A stretch of DNA of 63,448 nucleotides, the filler included, from Saprolegnia diclina VS20 (taxonomy: Eukaryota): NCBI RefSeq assembly GCF_000281045.1. It is 7 parts of 4 records of this genome, joined end to end, with 100 filler letters (N's around TTAATTAATTAA, not from the genome) between each part and the next. Parts side by side here need not be neighbours in the genome. Positions count along the whole stretch, not along the records: positions 45,075 to 47,337 come from NW_008246215.1; positions 47,438 to 61,516 come from NW_008246215.1; 5 more parts are not named here. One strand, given 5' to 3'. Each line of letters begins with the position of its first letter. Position 1 is the stretch's first letter. Below the pieces are notes generated by a model that was not told where the DNA came from, did not search any database, and worked only from the letters and a program-made list of their open reading frames with translations. Positions 45,949-57,738 of the stretch are shown here, piece after piece. Position numbers and translations under genes: made by a program.

Positions 45949-47437
45949 GATCGGCTTGGGCGCGGCGAGGGAAAAGGGAGAATGGTCTGAGATGAAAAAT
46001 CAAACGAGTTGATTCGTTGACATCGTCTGGGATAGAATCGGCGGCTGTCGAGTAATGGGTTGGTGCGCCGAGCGACGGCCGAAATTGCCCTTTTCTTTTT
46101 GGCTTTAAAATCACCCACCGAATCGAGAGGCGCTTTGTATGAGTCACACACTTGGTTCTTGTATTGGCGTATCGTTGAAGGGACAGGCCAAGCAGCTGGC
46201 TCCAAGCCAGTCCACATGGGATCCCTCTGCCTGTCCTCGGCCCGTACCTTGAGCTACTTGTGGTTCCAGGCCCACCAGCTGCGTCGCGGGTCAGGTCCGA
46301 GCCAAATCGGCTGCTGAACTTTGACGTGGAGCTTCACCAGCTGGCGTCGACCAATTATGTGCTGGCGGCCACGGATTGGCTCGTTTGAGGCAGCTGGTGC
46401 GCTCGGCGGCCTTTTTAGCCAATCCAAAGGCGTGCGGTGCCCATCACGGGCAGTGTGTCATCCGCCGGTGGTGCACGTCCAACATGTGGGGCCGGCGGAA
46501 GATCCGAGGGCTCCGATGCGCCACGGCGACGCCAAGACGAGGCTTTCAGCGCTTCGAAAGGAAGCGACGAGACTGCTATTACGCTCCGAAATGCATGGGA
46601 TGCGTCGTTGGCAGTGGTTCTGTGGACCGCAATCGCGGGAAATGAAGGTAAAACGATGCGAGTAGCGTTGCAAAAGCCAGTGAACTCGGCGACGAGACTG
46701 TTGAAAGAATGGCATCGTCCACCAACGCCTAAGACAATAAGACATTCGCTTGCGGCGTCCAAAGATGCACTGTACGGCACATCGAGGAAGCGTCAAAGTG
46801 CCTTGGGGTGATGCCACATCACAAAACGACGAGCCTGAGAAAGTGCACGGCCGCTCAACGACAAAGCCACGGATTTGTTACGAGCCGTGATTAGGAAATG
46901 ACGAGCCATGCCAAGTCCCAAACCGTGGTCAGCGGTTCGTGACGGTCGCTTTCCACGCCCCGCGCCACCAAAATAGTCGTTGGCCTTGGCGACCGAGGCA
47001 GTCGCTGCCAATAACCAAGGGTCTTACATACCCTTGCAATAACGAGGGCCCGCACCGAGGCAGCGACGCAATACTTTCGACAGCACCGTTTTGCAAGCTC
47101 CCGGGGGCAGAAAGGGCCGGACGTTTGCACTACTGTTGGCATCCTTGACAAGCTTCGAACCAAGTTTGGCTGCGAGTAGCCCGGCCACGTACACGTCGCC
47201 ATTCGCGTGGTTGTTCGTATTGCAGAGGACAATGATGTAGATGTCGGGCACTCCTCGGGTCGTCCACGGTGGTGTTGACCTTGCGTTGATGCCACTGGAC
47301 GTCGCGAGCCCGGGTCGAGCGAAATGATGCGCGCTCANNNNNNNNNNNNNNNNNNNNNNNNNNNNNNNNNNNNNNNNNNNNTTAATTAATTAANNNNNNN
47401 NNNNNNNNNNNNNNNNNNNNNNNNNNNNNNNNNNNNN

Positions 47438-48411
47438 TGGTGGTTCGAGTTGTACCACCAGTGGATGCCCGAGACCTTGATCGAGAGCGTCGTCGACGCG
47501 CCATAGACGGCGCGGCCGGCCTTGGAAAGCGCGCGGCCGTGGTCCAAGAGCGACGAGGAGTACCAGTCGAGGAAGAACTTGCCGTACGCACTCGCATAGT
47601 TGTCAAAACCGTTGTCCAAGAAGAAAGGGCAGTCACCCGAGACACCAGGAAGGCAGTTGAAGTTGCCGGCGTTGGCCGGACCGGACGTAAGGCCCCACGA
47701 CGGGTTATTGGTAGCATTTGCGCGGGCCGCAATGCTCTTGGCCGCGAACGCGTCGTAGCTCGTAAACTCGCCAATGCCGCAGTAGCTCCAACGACCGCCT
47801 TGCAGCTGGTACGACGGGTACCGGAGCTCGCCCGCGGGCCCGGCGCCGATCTGGACTTCAACCACCGTGTTGGGGACAGCGTCCATGACCTTGGTCTTGA
47901 AAGCCGTCATAAATTCACGGTACATGTCGATGGGCGTCCGGCCAAACTTGTCGAGTGGCGTCGCGTCCGCCCAGAGCGAGATGTACTCGGGGTCACTCAA
48001 GCCCGACCGCGTCGTGTACCACACGTCGTTGCGCGTGAACCACGAGCTCGGAATCGGGATGTTGCACGCGTCACCGACGTTGCCGCCGCACGAGTGAAAC
48101 GAGAGCACCATTTGAATCGTGAGCCCGTGCTTGGCCGCGAGTTGCGCCATGTCGAGGTACGCGGCAAAGTTGTATTGGCGCGGCCCCGCCTTCTCGACGA
48201 GGCCCCACCAGCAGTCGGCCATGATGCCGGTCGCCCCGTTGGCCTTGAGCTTGCCGAACTGCGTGTCGAGCTTGGTGCGGTCCTTGAGTTGGGTGTTGCC
48301 CGCGCCGTCCAAGACGACCGTGTCGAGGGCGAGCATGACGTTGACGGGCACAACCGCCTCGGCGATCGTGGCCGCGAGCGCGGCGAGGAAGAGCACCGTG
48401 CGGCGAAGCAT
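47438..48411 (-). CDS. Secreted beta-amylase (glycoside hydrolase family 14), 3' end lost in gap
   Basis: Signal peptide MLRRTVLFLAALAATIAEA; DCWWGLVE, SFHSCGGNVGD, GRTPIDMYREFM, catalytic GPAGELRYPSY, GIGEF, YGKFFLDWYS, KVSGIHWWY. Confidence 0.95.
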
Positions 48412-48432
48412 CTTGTGTTGGTGCTTGACAGC

Positions 48433-48446
48433 AAAATGGAAAATGA
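48433..48446 (-). promoter_or_regulatory. Oomycete INR+FPR core promoter of the beta-amylase gene
   Basis: TCATTTTCCATTTT ending 22 nt upstream of the ATG. Confidence 0.6.
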
Positions 48447-49178
48447 AAACCACAACCGGCGTGGCTGGCCATGCACAGAGTCACCCATTGGTTTCGCAAC
48501 TTCAACAGGTGGCTCAGCCGTACGTTTACGAGCGTGGGGCTTCGGGGGCAATCGCGTGTTCGTGGGTGGTTCTCAGAGGATGTTTGACGACGCAGCGATC
48601 GATGTGCAAAGCCGATAAATCCTGGTTCGTAAAAGCGCAAAGCTTGGCGGTTTGTATGCAAAGCACTTGCGCGTGGCCAAGGTTGCGTGCATGAACCGTG
48701 GTACGTTGTACTTCAAGTTGAACGCCATCTGCAGCCATGGCAGGATATTTCGAAGTGCGCCCGTCCGTCGTCGCATTGGCTTCGAGAAGGTGCATGTATT
48801 CAATACTGGTATTAACAAGAGCTCGTGTTGTTGAAGTATTTGTGGGTAGTATCAGCCTCGGAGAGCACTCGCTCAGAAGTCGAGTTCTTATTGTGTTTCG
48901 TGAACCTGCGGTGTCCTCTGCACCGTGACAGTTGCCAGGCCGCAAGAAGGGTGTAATCCTGTCGCATGATTGGTGGAGAGACGGTACAACATCGCTGATT
49001 GGTCGATGCAACGTCAATCCAGTACAGGATATATCCGCGCATACAAAATCCAGGTTGATGCGTAGTTGGCTGCGGGACATGTACCAATGACATCCTGGCG
49101 CAGAATCTGGCGCTGTACAGACAAGACACCTACTCCTACAGTGTAGGACAAGACAAGGACTAGATGTACCCGGTTTAA

Positions 49179-49461
49179 ACTCATTGCGTCAAACCCATAT
49201 AAAACGTGACCCTTTGACGGTCTTTCAGTACCCTAGGCTTTCGCAGTTACGCTATCCGGTACTAGTGATCTGAGTGTGGAATGTCGTAGAGATGTTATTG
49301 AAAAGGTCATGATGCATGCTTGACCTCGGCCGATCCATACATGTATTGGCTCCAAAGCTTCGTCCCCGCGAGCTTCTCGCCAGGAGCGGCGAGTTGTTCC
49401 CATCGTACTAGTACCAGTCTGACCATTACATGCTTGTTCACAATTCAATGACGCAATGAGT
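49179..49461. mobile_element. Candidate MITE with 13-bp perfect terminal inverted repeats
   Basis: ACTCATTGCGTCA (49179-49191) and TGACGCAATGAGT (49449-49461); non-coding interior; TTAA immediately left of the left repeat. Confidence 0.45.
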
Positions 49462-49595
49462 GGCTAAAGTCAATTATTCAGTGTTATCTCACGCATGTCA
49501 AATACGACCTCCGCTTTTTCTTCGCTCCATATAAGGTCATGTTCAAATCTTCGGCAATAAATTGCTCTTTTCTGGGGCGAGCGTTGCTTCACCTA

Positions 49596-49936
49596 GTTCA
49601 CGTTCTCATCATTACAAATACTTCAATGCGTAGAGATGACCAATTCTTTCCTCTTCTTTCGCTTACCGGGCCGTGGCTACGCAGGCGCGGAGGCTCGTCT
49701 TGCTCTTCTGTACTCGCCCGGGGGCGCTTGTGGCCGCGAGTGAAGCCCATGACTACACGCTTCGTAAGGCCTTACAGGCTTCGCTCTCGGCGACAAAGCT
49801 GCGCAGTTTCTTGAGGTTATCGAGAGACCCCAATCACTAAGGTGGCGTCAGTGACTGAAGGTCGCGGTGCAGGTCAATCGGCAGCGTGAGCCTGGTGCGG
49901 CCTCAAAACGGGGTGCCTCGGGCGGGACAAAGTAAC
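49596..49936 (-). mobile_element. RTE-like LINE 3' fragment, copy 2 (frameshifted)
   Basis: Colinear with 1808-2172; reads RYFVPPEAPRF-GRTRLTLPIDLHRDL...LDNLKKLRSFVAESEA. Confidence 0.6.
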
Positions 49937-51366
49937 GAGCGGCGGCATGCCACAGTTGTATAGAAGGACCGGGAGCACGGAGCAATTGTAGTACACGGTT
50001 GTCTTCCAAGATGAGGCCCTAGCGCATCCAGATCTTTCACATGTTCAACCATATCAGCACTTACTCCAGCTATTGAATCCTCTAAGATCTCACGTTGTGG
50101 GTACAAGGTGCCCTTTCATTTATGCTTCCGTCATCAGCGCTCGATGCCGTTTGTTCAATGAACATCGCCACACGCGATACATTGATATTCTTCTCCCTTT
50201 TACACCAATCAGAATACTATCATTCGGACAAAGTGCACACCCTTTTTAATCAATCACAGCGTTTTATGGCTATGGAGGGAGCACGCTCAGGAGAACCAGC
50301 AACCTGCCAGCAGCATGGGTTTGGGCTTTGGACTACAACAAGAATCGCCTGCGTGTAAAACTCTTTTAGTCTCAGCGATGAATTCGTCTTCTTGATTCGA
50401 ATCGAGAAACCGATGGTACGCAACAAGCGCAGGCACCCCCATCACGTACCGCCATAATGCCTTCTGGTCAAGCGCGTTATATCGCAAGAGAAAGGCCCAT
50501 TCACAGAAAGGCCATCATCACAGCATACATAGACGAGCATCTATGCCAACTAAATACAGGAATCTACCCCCGCGATAGACCACGGGCTGCGAACGTCATC
50601 GGGCAACATGTGATTGTTCACTCTTCGAGCACCTTGGCCTTTCCTCAAGATTTTGGTGCTCGATTGCATGACGTCACGAACACGTGGGCACTTTGCACTG
50701 GGCTAGGCCACGTACAATATATTGTGTGGCTTTGATAACCGCATTACAAAGGCTTGTGTATTCGTGCGAGGAGGCGCTGTACATACAATACCGAATGAAA
50801 AATTCAATACAAGCAAACCCAATACGTCGTCGTCGATTGGGTTGTTGCAAATGGCACTTGCACCGATCGATTCGAAACCACAGTTGAACGCTTGCTTGTG
50901 CAGTTTTTCCGAGTGGCCAACGACCAGAAAAAAGGTGATTGCAAACATCGTCTGCGCCAATGTGACTCTAAATGTAGTGTTACGTTCGATCACGCTACAA
51001 ACATGTGGCTGCCGAAGACAGCTCGTATCGAGCGAAGATCGAGCGATGGTGTGACCTCGGTTTTGCCCTTGAAATTGTCACTTTAACACCAGACAAACCA
51101 TTTCTTAGAGCTTATTGCGTAGCTACAGCACAGCGACGCGATGCATGACGCCTCGAGCGTCCTCTGATTTGTCTGGTGTAATGCGCGTTCTTTTTTGTGG
51201 CAGCGTCGGACGTTGACTGGCACAGCTACGGTCCATTATCCGGAAGATACTCGAACGCAGGTATGTGATTGGTGGTTTTAGCTTTATCCGGATATCGCGA
51301 CGTGGTTGCGCCAGATCAGATCGCGGCGTCGTCAATCGGCCGAGACCAGTCGAGAGATTATCGTGC

Positions 51367-52594
51367 ATGTTGATGCATCCCAACGCTGCCTTGAGCGCGC
51401 CGAACCTCTGGTACGTCCAGCAGCAAAAGGCCCAGCGCCCCGAGGTCGTCCTCGACGTCTCGCTCGGGCAGTGGCATGCATGGAGCATCTCGCAAGCCCA
51501 CTGGGTCCACGACGCCCACCGGTCGGCGTGTCACGGCTGTGGGCACAGCTTTACCTTCTTTCGCCGCAAGCAACACTGCCGCATGGTACGAAGAAGCGGT
51601 CTCGAGCATGGTAGAGCATGGACCGTTGTGATAGTGTGGCGAGATCATCTGCCGGCAGTGCGCCCGGCGTGTGTGCTTGGTGACGCACGATACCAAGCGC
51701 AAGCACAAGCCGCAGCAACGACACATCAAGGTGTGCCCACCGTGCTACGCGTCGACGCAAACTACACGCGTCTCCAAGCTGCCGTCGCCACCAGCATCGC
51801 CGACGCCTGGCACGTTCTTTGCCACAACGCCAACGATTCCGCTACTGGAAGAGAAGTCGCTGGCGTCGTCGGCGTCGTTCACAGCCTCAACATGTCCGTC
51901 ATCGCCGTACTGCTCGCTCAAAGAGGATGCGCCGCCCAGCATCGAGGAACTTTGGATGCACTCGAATGAGCAAGCGCGGCTCCAAGCGCTATGGCAGCTC
52001 CACATTCTCGACTCGCCGCGGGAGGCAACCTACGACACGATCTGCAGCCTCTTGAGCGACCTCACCAACTGTCCGATCGCGTACATTAGCTTTATGGACG
52101 CGCACCGGCAGTGGTTCAAGGCCAGCGTCGGTCTCTTCGTCCCCGAGGTGCCGCGCGAGGTTTCGCTCTGCGCCTCGACGCTGCACGCGCCGCGGCCGAT
52201 CGTCGTGCCCGACACGCTTCGCGACTCGCGCTTTGCCAAAAACCCGCTCGTCGCGTCGGCGACCGGCATTCGCTTCTACGCCGGCGCGCCGATCGTGCTT
52301 GGGTCGTCCGGCGTCGCGATCGGCACCCTCGCCGTGCTCGACACGGTCGCGAGCAAGCGCAGTGCGACGCTTCATGACGACGTCGTGCACCACCTCAACC
52401 GACTCGCACGCCTCGTCGCTTCGTACGTCGAGCGTCCGCAGCCGTTGACACCGCAGGTCGTGCTGCAGCAACTACTCCGGCAGAGCATGGAGACCAAGGA
52501 ATTGCTCTCGGGTCGCGGCGGCACATCTTGGATCTCGGGCAAACCGTCGACCCACCGGTCGTGGTCCAGCATCTCGGAAGACACCGAGCAGTGA
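51367..52594 (+). CDS. FYVE zinc finger + GAF domain protein (intron 51586-51634)
   Basis: WVHDAHRSACHGC..FTFFRRKQHCRMCGEIICRQC..KVCPPC; GAF: EQARLQAL..ILDSPREATYDTI..RQWFK..DTLRDSRFAKNPLV..IRFYAGAPI..IGTLAVLD. Confidence 0.9.
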
Positions 52595-52722
52595 GAACGG
52601 GAATATCTCGTCGCTTGTTATTTAACATGTTGAAAATGTGTGTTGTGTTTTGCACACTGCGGTTGATCAAACGACAAGGAAAGGACTCGTGAAGCATGGG
52701 ACGTCGATGGACGCGATCATAC

Positions 52723-52724
<2 letters not shown>

Positions 52725-52820
<96 letters not shown>
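52725..52820 (+). repeat. (TATC)24 microsatellite
   Basis: Perfect tetranucleotide array of 96 bp. Confidence 0.98.
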
Positions 52821-52990
52821 GGTCTGCCAACGTGAAGGCCGCCGACGATCAAGCGTGACATCCATTTTTGGAGGGTATTTCAGACTTTGAAGACCTACCC
52901 CCATAGCATACATTATTTAATATGAAGCAAAACTTCGACCCGTGACACTCGATATGGAGCCATCCGATTAAGTGCGACTGGCGGATCGCG

Positions 52991-53620
52991 ATGTTTTGCG
53001 CCCAAGCAGCCCACGCGATCAGACGTCGGTGCAGGACGATGACGAAGAGCCGCAGCGCAAGTAGCTTGACGCCCTGGAAGCAGCGCCTCCATGAGGCGAT
53101 TGAGGCCAACCGGCACATTCCCGGCACGCACTACCTGCAGATGGCGACAGTGGCCCAAGACGGCGCACCCCAATGCCGGACGGTTGTTTTCCGTGGCTTT
53201 GAAGGCGAGACGGGCTTGACCATGATCACAGATGCGCGCAGCGCCAAGGTCGCCCAGCTGACGGCCAACCCTGCGTGCGAGGTTGCTTGGTGGCTGCCGC
53301 AGAATGGCGAACAGTTCCGCATCGCGGGCGACGTGGAGCTTGTGACGCCCGACGCCGACGCCAAAGGCTTGCGCACGCAGCTGTGGCACAAGCTCCGCGA
53401 AAGCATGCGGCAGCAGTTCTTTTGGCCGGAGCCCAACACACCATTTACGGACGCGCCCGTGCCGGTGGTATCATCAGCGACGCCGCCACCCACGTTTCTT
53501 GTGCTCGTGCTGTGGCCCAAGCAGGTCAAGTACCTCCGTCTCCACGACAGCTTTGCCCAAGTCGACACGCTCGATGTCGCTACAGATCCCGCGTGGATGT
53601 CCCGTCGCATCAACCCCTAA
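52991..53620 (+). CDS. Pyridoxamine 5'-phosphate oxidase-like FMN-binding protein (Alr4036-type)
   Basis: YLQMATV..PQCRTVVFRGF..ITDARSAKVAQL..NPACEVAWW..EQFRIAG..W..RINP. The start may be 53039. Confidence 0.88.
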   Translation: MFCAQAAHAIRRRCRTMTKSRSASSLTPWKQRLHEAIEANRHIPGTHYLQMATVAQDGAPQCRTVVFRGFEGETGLTMITDARSAKVAQLTANPACEVAWWLPQNGEQFRIAGDVELVTPDADAKGLRTQLWHKLRESMRQQFFWPEPNTPFTDAPVPVVSSATPPPTFLVLVLWPKQVKYLRLHDSFAQVDTLDVATDPAWMSRRINP

Positions 53621-53769
53621 GGCTTCTGCACGTTTATCCTCCTATCCTCCTACACGCTAAATGAGACATAATATTGCGATGGCCATCTCGTTGCTCTACT
53701 CGTGTCGTTGGGTCAACCTGCTGCGTGAGATGGCAGCTGCGCTCGTCGCGCGCGAGAGATAACCGCGGA

Positions 53770-55629
53770 ATGCTCCAGCAAACGCCTCGGTAGTGCACTG
53801 GGCCGAGTCGAGTCGAGACTCGCCACCAATTCCTAGTTTGTCCAACGAACGACTCAAGTCTCGAACAACAGCCACTGTATATGTTCGTAGCAAAGATAGT
53901 CCTTGCGAAACGGTCGCATGCACCGAAGGGACGCGCCGACGGGGCCGCAGCGCTTCGTCTCGTTGCGCGGCGGGAACCAACGCGTGATTTTACTGCCGCG
54001 CCGGTCCTCGTCTCGAGCAAGTGCGTCATTTATGCGTCGTATTGCAGGCTCAGGAAGCGCGCGTAGGTATCGCCAAGTCCGAGCCACTGGCCCCCGACTC
54101 GCCCCCCGCGACGGTATTCTACCTTTTCCTGTCTGCGCTAACCACTCTCGTCTATGCAGCCGCTCAAGCCACGCTCGACGTCGTACGTTCGGGAGGACCT
54201 CGTGCGCACACACTTGAGTCGGCCTAAAATATCGCTCAAGCAACTGCAGCAGTTCCTATTGTGGCTCAACTTGCTCTCGCTCTGGCCGCACAAAGTACGT
54301 CGATTCGCTCGTTGCCAGTGGATAGACGAAATATGTAGCTCCATGTCGAGTCGTACCACGACGAGCTGCGCAACGGCGTCTTCCTAAGCCACCTCCTGCA
54401 CCACTACGTCCCTGACTTCTCCATTGGGAGAATCAACCAACGCGCGCAGTCGCAGCGAACGACCGAGTCGAACGTCGAGCTGCTCTTGCAGTGCCTCAGC
54501 CGGTACACTGCCTCGAAGATGGCAGCCTCGCAACGCTGATGGCAGGTTCAATTTAAACGTGCGCAATGTCCCGAGCGCGGCGCAGCTCTGGAGCGGCGAC
54601 CGCCCAATTACGGCGGCTTTTCTACACGAGATCTTTCACAAGGTCGTGCTGCGGTCGCTGTCACACAAGGTCGTCTGGACATGGTGCCAAGACATTTTAA
54701 GCTTGTATCACCAAGCCAGCCCCCACGAGGTGTGGAGCGACAGCCTGCTGTCCGATATCAGCAACAACAACAGTAGCAGCACCAGCGGTCTCTTCGACTA
54801 CTTTCGGTTCGAGCCCACTCGATGCCGGACGCTTGACGAAACGTAGGTCGGGCTTCCGTCTGTGGTGTGTGCTCCATTATTACGGCGCACGGCGCCGCCA
54901 CGACGACCGCGAGGATATCTTCCAAGCCAGCACAATGTTCATGACGCCAACGGTACTAGAATACTTGGTTGAATGCGAACGTGTACGAAGAGGCGTAGAC
55001 ACCAACCCAACACCTCGCAAATGCCCAGCGTGTCTGCGGCATTCTGGCAGCGATGCAGATACCGCTGGTCTGGGAACCCGACTGGTTTGTGTCGCACAAG
55101 AGCAACGGCTTCATGCAGCTACAGCTGCACTACATCTACCAAGCGTACGTGCACAGTACATAGCATGTCGTGATGGACGCATTAGCCTCCATCATTCGGC
55201 GCCAGCGCTGACGAACGACATGACGGAACCCGTGTACCTTGACGTGAGCGCGAATGGCCGTGTGGGTGTGCACGGTAGGTCCTTCTACGAACGCAGAATG
55301 GCTAAACGGTAGTGATGTACGTATTACCAGGGCTCCTCTTTGCCGACGGCGAGTGCAAGGAGCCCGAAAACACATGGCGAGCCTCGGCTGCTGGCAGCGA
55401 CGACGAGGGGTCGATCGACGACCCGCTCTGCCTCGAGGAGACCTTGGTACAGGAAGAGTCGCCGAGCATATTCGAGCAGCAGTGGAGCGGCAACCAGCGC
55501 ACGGAGATTACGTGGCCGCCAGAGCCGTCCACGCCGGCGCTCGACGAGTACGCGCAAATGAAGGAGCGCATTTCGCTCGAGGAGCTCTCTCGCATGGAGG
55601 TGGAAGAAGCCTACGGCGTGGTGCGCTAA
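53770..55629 (+). CDS. Multi-exon calponin-homology (CH) domain protein; 5' end uncertain
   Basis: QFLLWLN..|..DELRNGVFLSHLLHHYVP..NVELLLQCL..QLWSGDRPITAAFLHEIF; a second CH-like block VWTWCQDIL..FDYFRSGFRLWCVLHYY; acidic C-terminal exon. Confidence 0.6.
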
Positions 55630-55697
55630 GACGACGGAGGCGCGAAACACAGTTATTTGCTTACACAGTATTACTAAAGCTTCTATACCGTGCGTCC

Positions 55698-56240
55698 TTA
55701 CTTGGTCGCCTCGGGCTGGTTGCGGACCTTGGCCCACGCACGCTTGATCATCGGCGTAGTCGCCAAACAGAACGGGAACCGCACCGTCTCGAGGATCTCG
55801 TTGAGAACGACGGCGATCGCAATGTTGCCGTATTCGGGGTTGAGGCTGTCCAGGTCAATGTACGAGTCAAGGCCCAGGCCGCGGATGAGGTCGACGGCGT
55901 CGCTGCCGCCAAACCAGCCGCGCGAGAGGCCATAGTAGATCGTAAAGCCCGTCGCGCCGTAGAGCGTCGTCCACCACACGAGGAACGGAAGGCCGTTGGC
56001 CTGGATCACAGCCATGAACTTGCCGGGCTTGTTCTCGAGCTTCTTCTGCAGCTCGGCGATTTCGTCCTTGAGCTTCTTGTTCTCGACCTCAAGCTCCGTC
56101 TCGCGCTGCGTCGAGAAGAAGTGCATGGTCGTCGAGGCCGGCGAGAAGGCCGTGGGCGTGAAGACGCGCGTGGAGACAGAGCCGCGGACGGCCATGCGGG
56201 CGCCGGCCCGAGCCGAGGACGCACGCAGAAGGGACAGCAT
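55698..56240 (-). CDS. DUF1279/FAM210-like mitochondrial membrane protein
   Basis: Presequence MLSLLRASSARAGARMAVR; coiled coil; GLPFLVWWTTLY..YYGL..GNIAIAVVLNEILETVRFPFCLATTP. Confidence 0.8.
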   Translation of the reverse strand: MLSLLRASSARAGARMAVRGSVSTRVFTPTAFSPASTTMHFFSTQRETELEVENKKLKDEIAELQKKLENKPGKFMAVIQANGLPFLVWWTTLYGATGFTIYYGLSRGWFGGSDAVDLIRGLGLDSYIDLDSLNPEYGNIAIAVVLNEILETVRFPFCLATTPMIKRAWAKVRNQPEATK

Positions 56241-56299
56241 CAGACACGTAGACACAGCCGAAGCACGATGATCAACGATGGCCCATCGCTGGGAACGGG

Positions 56300-56449
56300 C
56301 CAATCAAATGTGGCCTTTTACAGCCAATCACAAGGGCTTGGCTATTTCATTTTAGCCAATCAAGAAAATCTTTTTGCACCAATGGTATGTGTCGAGTGGA
56401 TGCTATTTTGACCAATCCAAAGGCAGTAAAAAGCTAGCAATCGGATTGG
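56300..56449. promoter_or_regulatory. Array of six CCAAT boxes upstream of the DUF1279 gene
   Basis: CCAAT at 56300, 56324, 56356, 56379, 56412 and ATTGG at 56445. Confidence 0.7.
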
Positions 56450-57683
56450 TCGAGACGGCGCAAACCCGATCTTCGCCAGCTTCGCCAGAGGAAGGGGAAT
56501 GTCGACGACGAGCTTCTTTCACGCAGTTGCGCGAACGTTGCATGCGACGTAGGACAGAGTGGACGCAGATGCGCGTCTCTACGATAGGCTGTGCGGGCGC
56601 AGAATCAAGTGGCTTGATTTCTGGGGCAGGATCAGTTTGGAGAAGCCACTTGGGTGCTCGGGGCGCGGGGCCCGTCAATCGAATGGCGCACGAGAAGCCA
56701 CCGGCGCGCAAACTTCGTCGCACGCTTTCCGTGGCGAAAGAAACGCAGGCCATCTGCAGCCCACACTCAGAAAGGCCAAGAATGGAGTGCACCGAACCAT
56801 ACTCGTGCAAGCTTCACCTTGATTTTCGAGAGAGACACATGTTGAAGTTACGGCAGGTTCAAGTAGAAACGCAAGGCCAACAAAGAGGCTGCGTTCAACG
56901 ATTGCAACGCAACGGAAATGATCGTGGTGTGGTGTCTGTCCTTGTTCATTTGCACCCAATGCAGAGTGTCGTCTACTCATTATCTTGAGTAAAACAGCAG
57001 CCGTCAACAACCGCCAACGAACAAGGCAGCCACCTGATGGGTCGATAGCACTTGAAGATCATCCACCGGCGCCCATCAACGCCACCCGTCCACGTGATCG
57101 GCAGTTTTTAATTTCAGTACTGGAATTATGACGGCTAAATCAACGGGCCGCGCCGTGTCACGACCGGCTGGGCATCACGTGTTGGTAGAAGAATACATTG
57201 CTGTTCGTGTAGCAACCAGCGTTTCAAGCTCCACGACGGCGTCACATCGTACTTGGGAGGAAATCGTGGTCGCTTCAAGCAGTTGGCACGTCTCGGAAGC
57301 CAACCAACGCAAACAATAGGCGGTGCTTGCGTAAATACCTTGGCCTTTGTATGTAGGTCGCCCACCCGCCGCGCTCGCCCAGGTCGCACCGGATTTTCGT
57401 TGAAGAATCCAGTGGCACCCATGAGTAGTGTCGACGGTACACGGGCACGAACAATGCATACAAATAGCAAGTATACAGATGCAAACGCGATCAAACCAGC
57501 TGGGCAAGTTAATTCTTGGGTGCGCATACAAACATCAAGATGATTAATTCCAATGGCCTTGTGACGGAGACAGTACCAGGGTGGCACGTTGAGGTTCAAG
57601 CAAGCTGTTGAAAAAGCGCCATTACAGATCGACGGAGCGCGAGCAGCAGAACCAGCTTGGAACGAACCGATTCAATCGCCGCC

Positions 57684-57705
57684 GCTCATTTCATTCTTAC
57701 ATTTG
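57684..57705 (+). promoter_or_regulatory. Oomycete INR+FPR core promoter
   Basis: GCTCATTTCATTCTTACATTTG about 35-55 nt upstream of the ATG at 57739. Confidence 0.65.
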
Positions 57706-57738
57706 CCTGCTTCAACGCACTCCTCCAGCAACACAAGG

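Noticed and set aside
47024..47337. Minus-strand fragment (..DIYIIVLCNTNNHANGDVYVAG..) at a contig end
   Set aside because: Too short to identify; it does not look like the beta-amylase C-terminus.
49940..51100. Short ORF pieces in the AT-richer region upstream of FYVE-GAF
   Set aside because: Multiple stops and no recognisable transposase or other domain.
52638..52890. ORFs with (IYLS)n repeats
   Set aside because: Translation of the TATC microsatellite.
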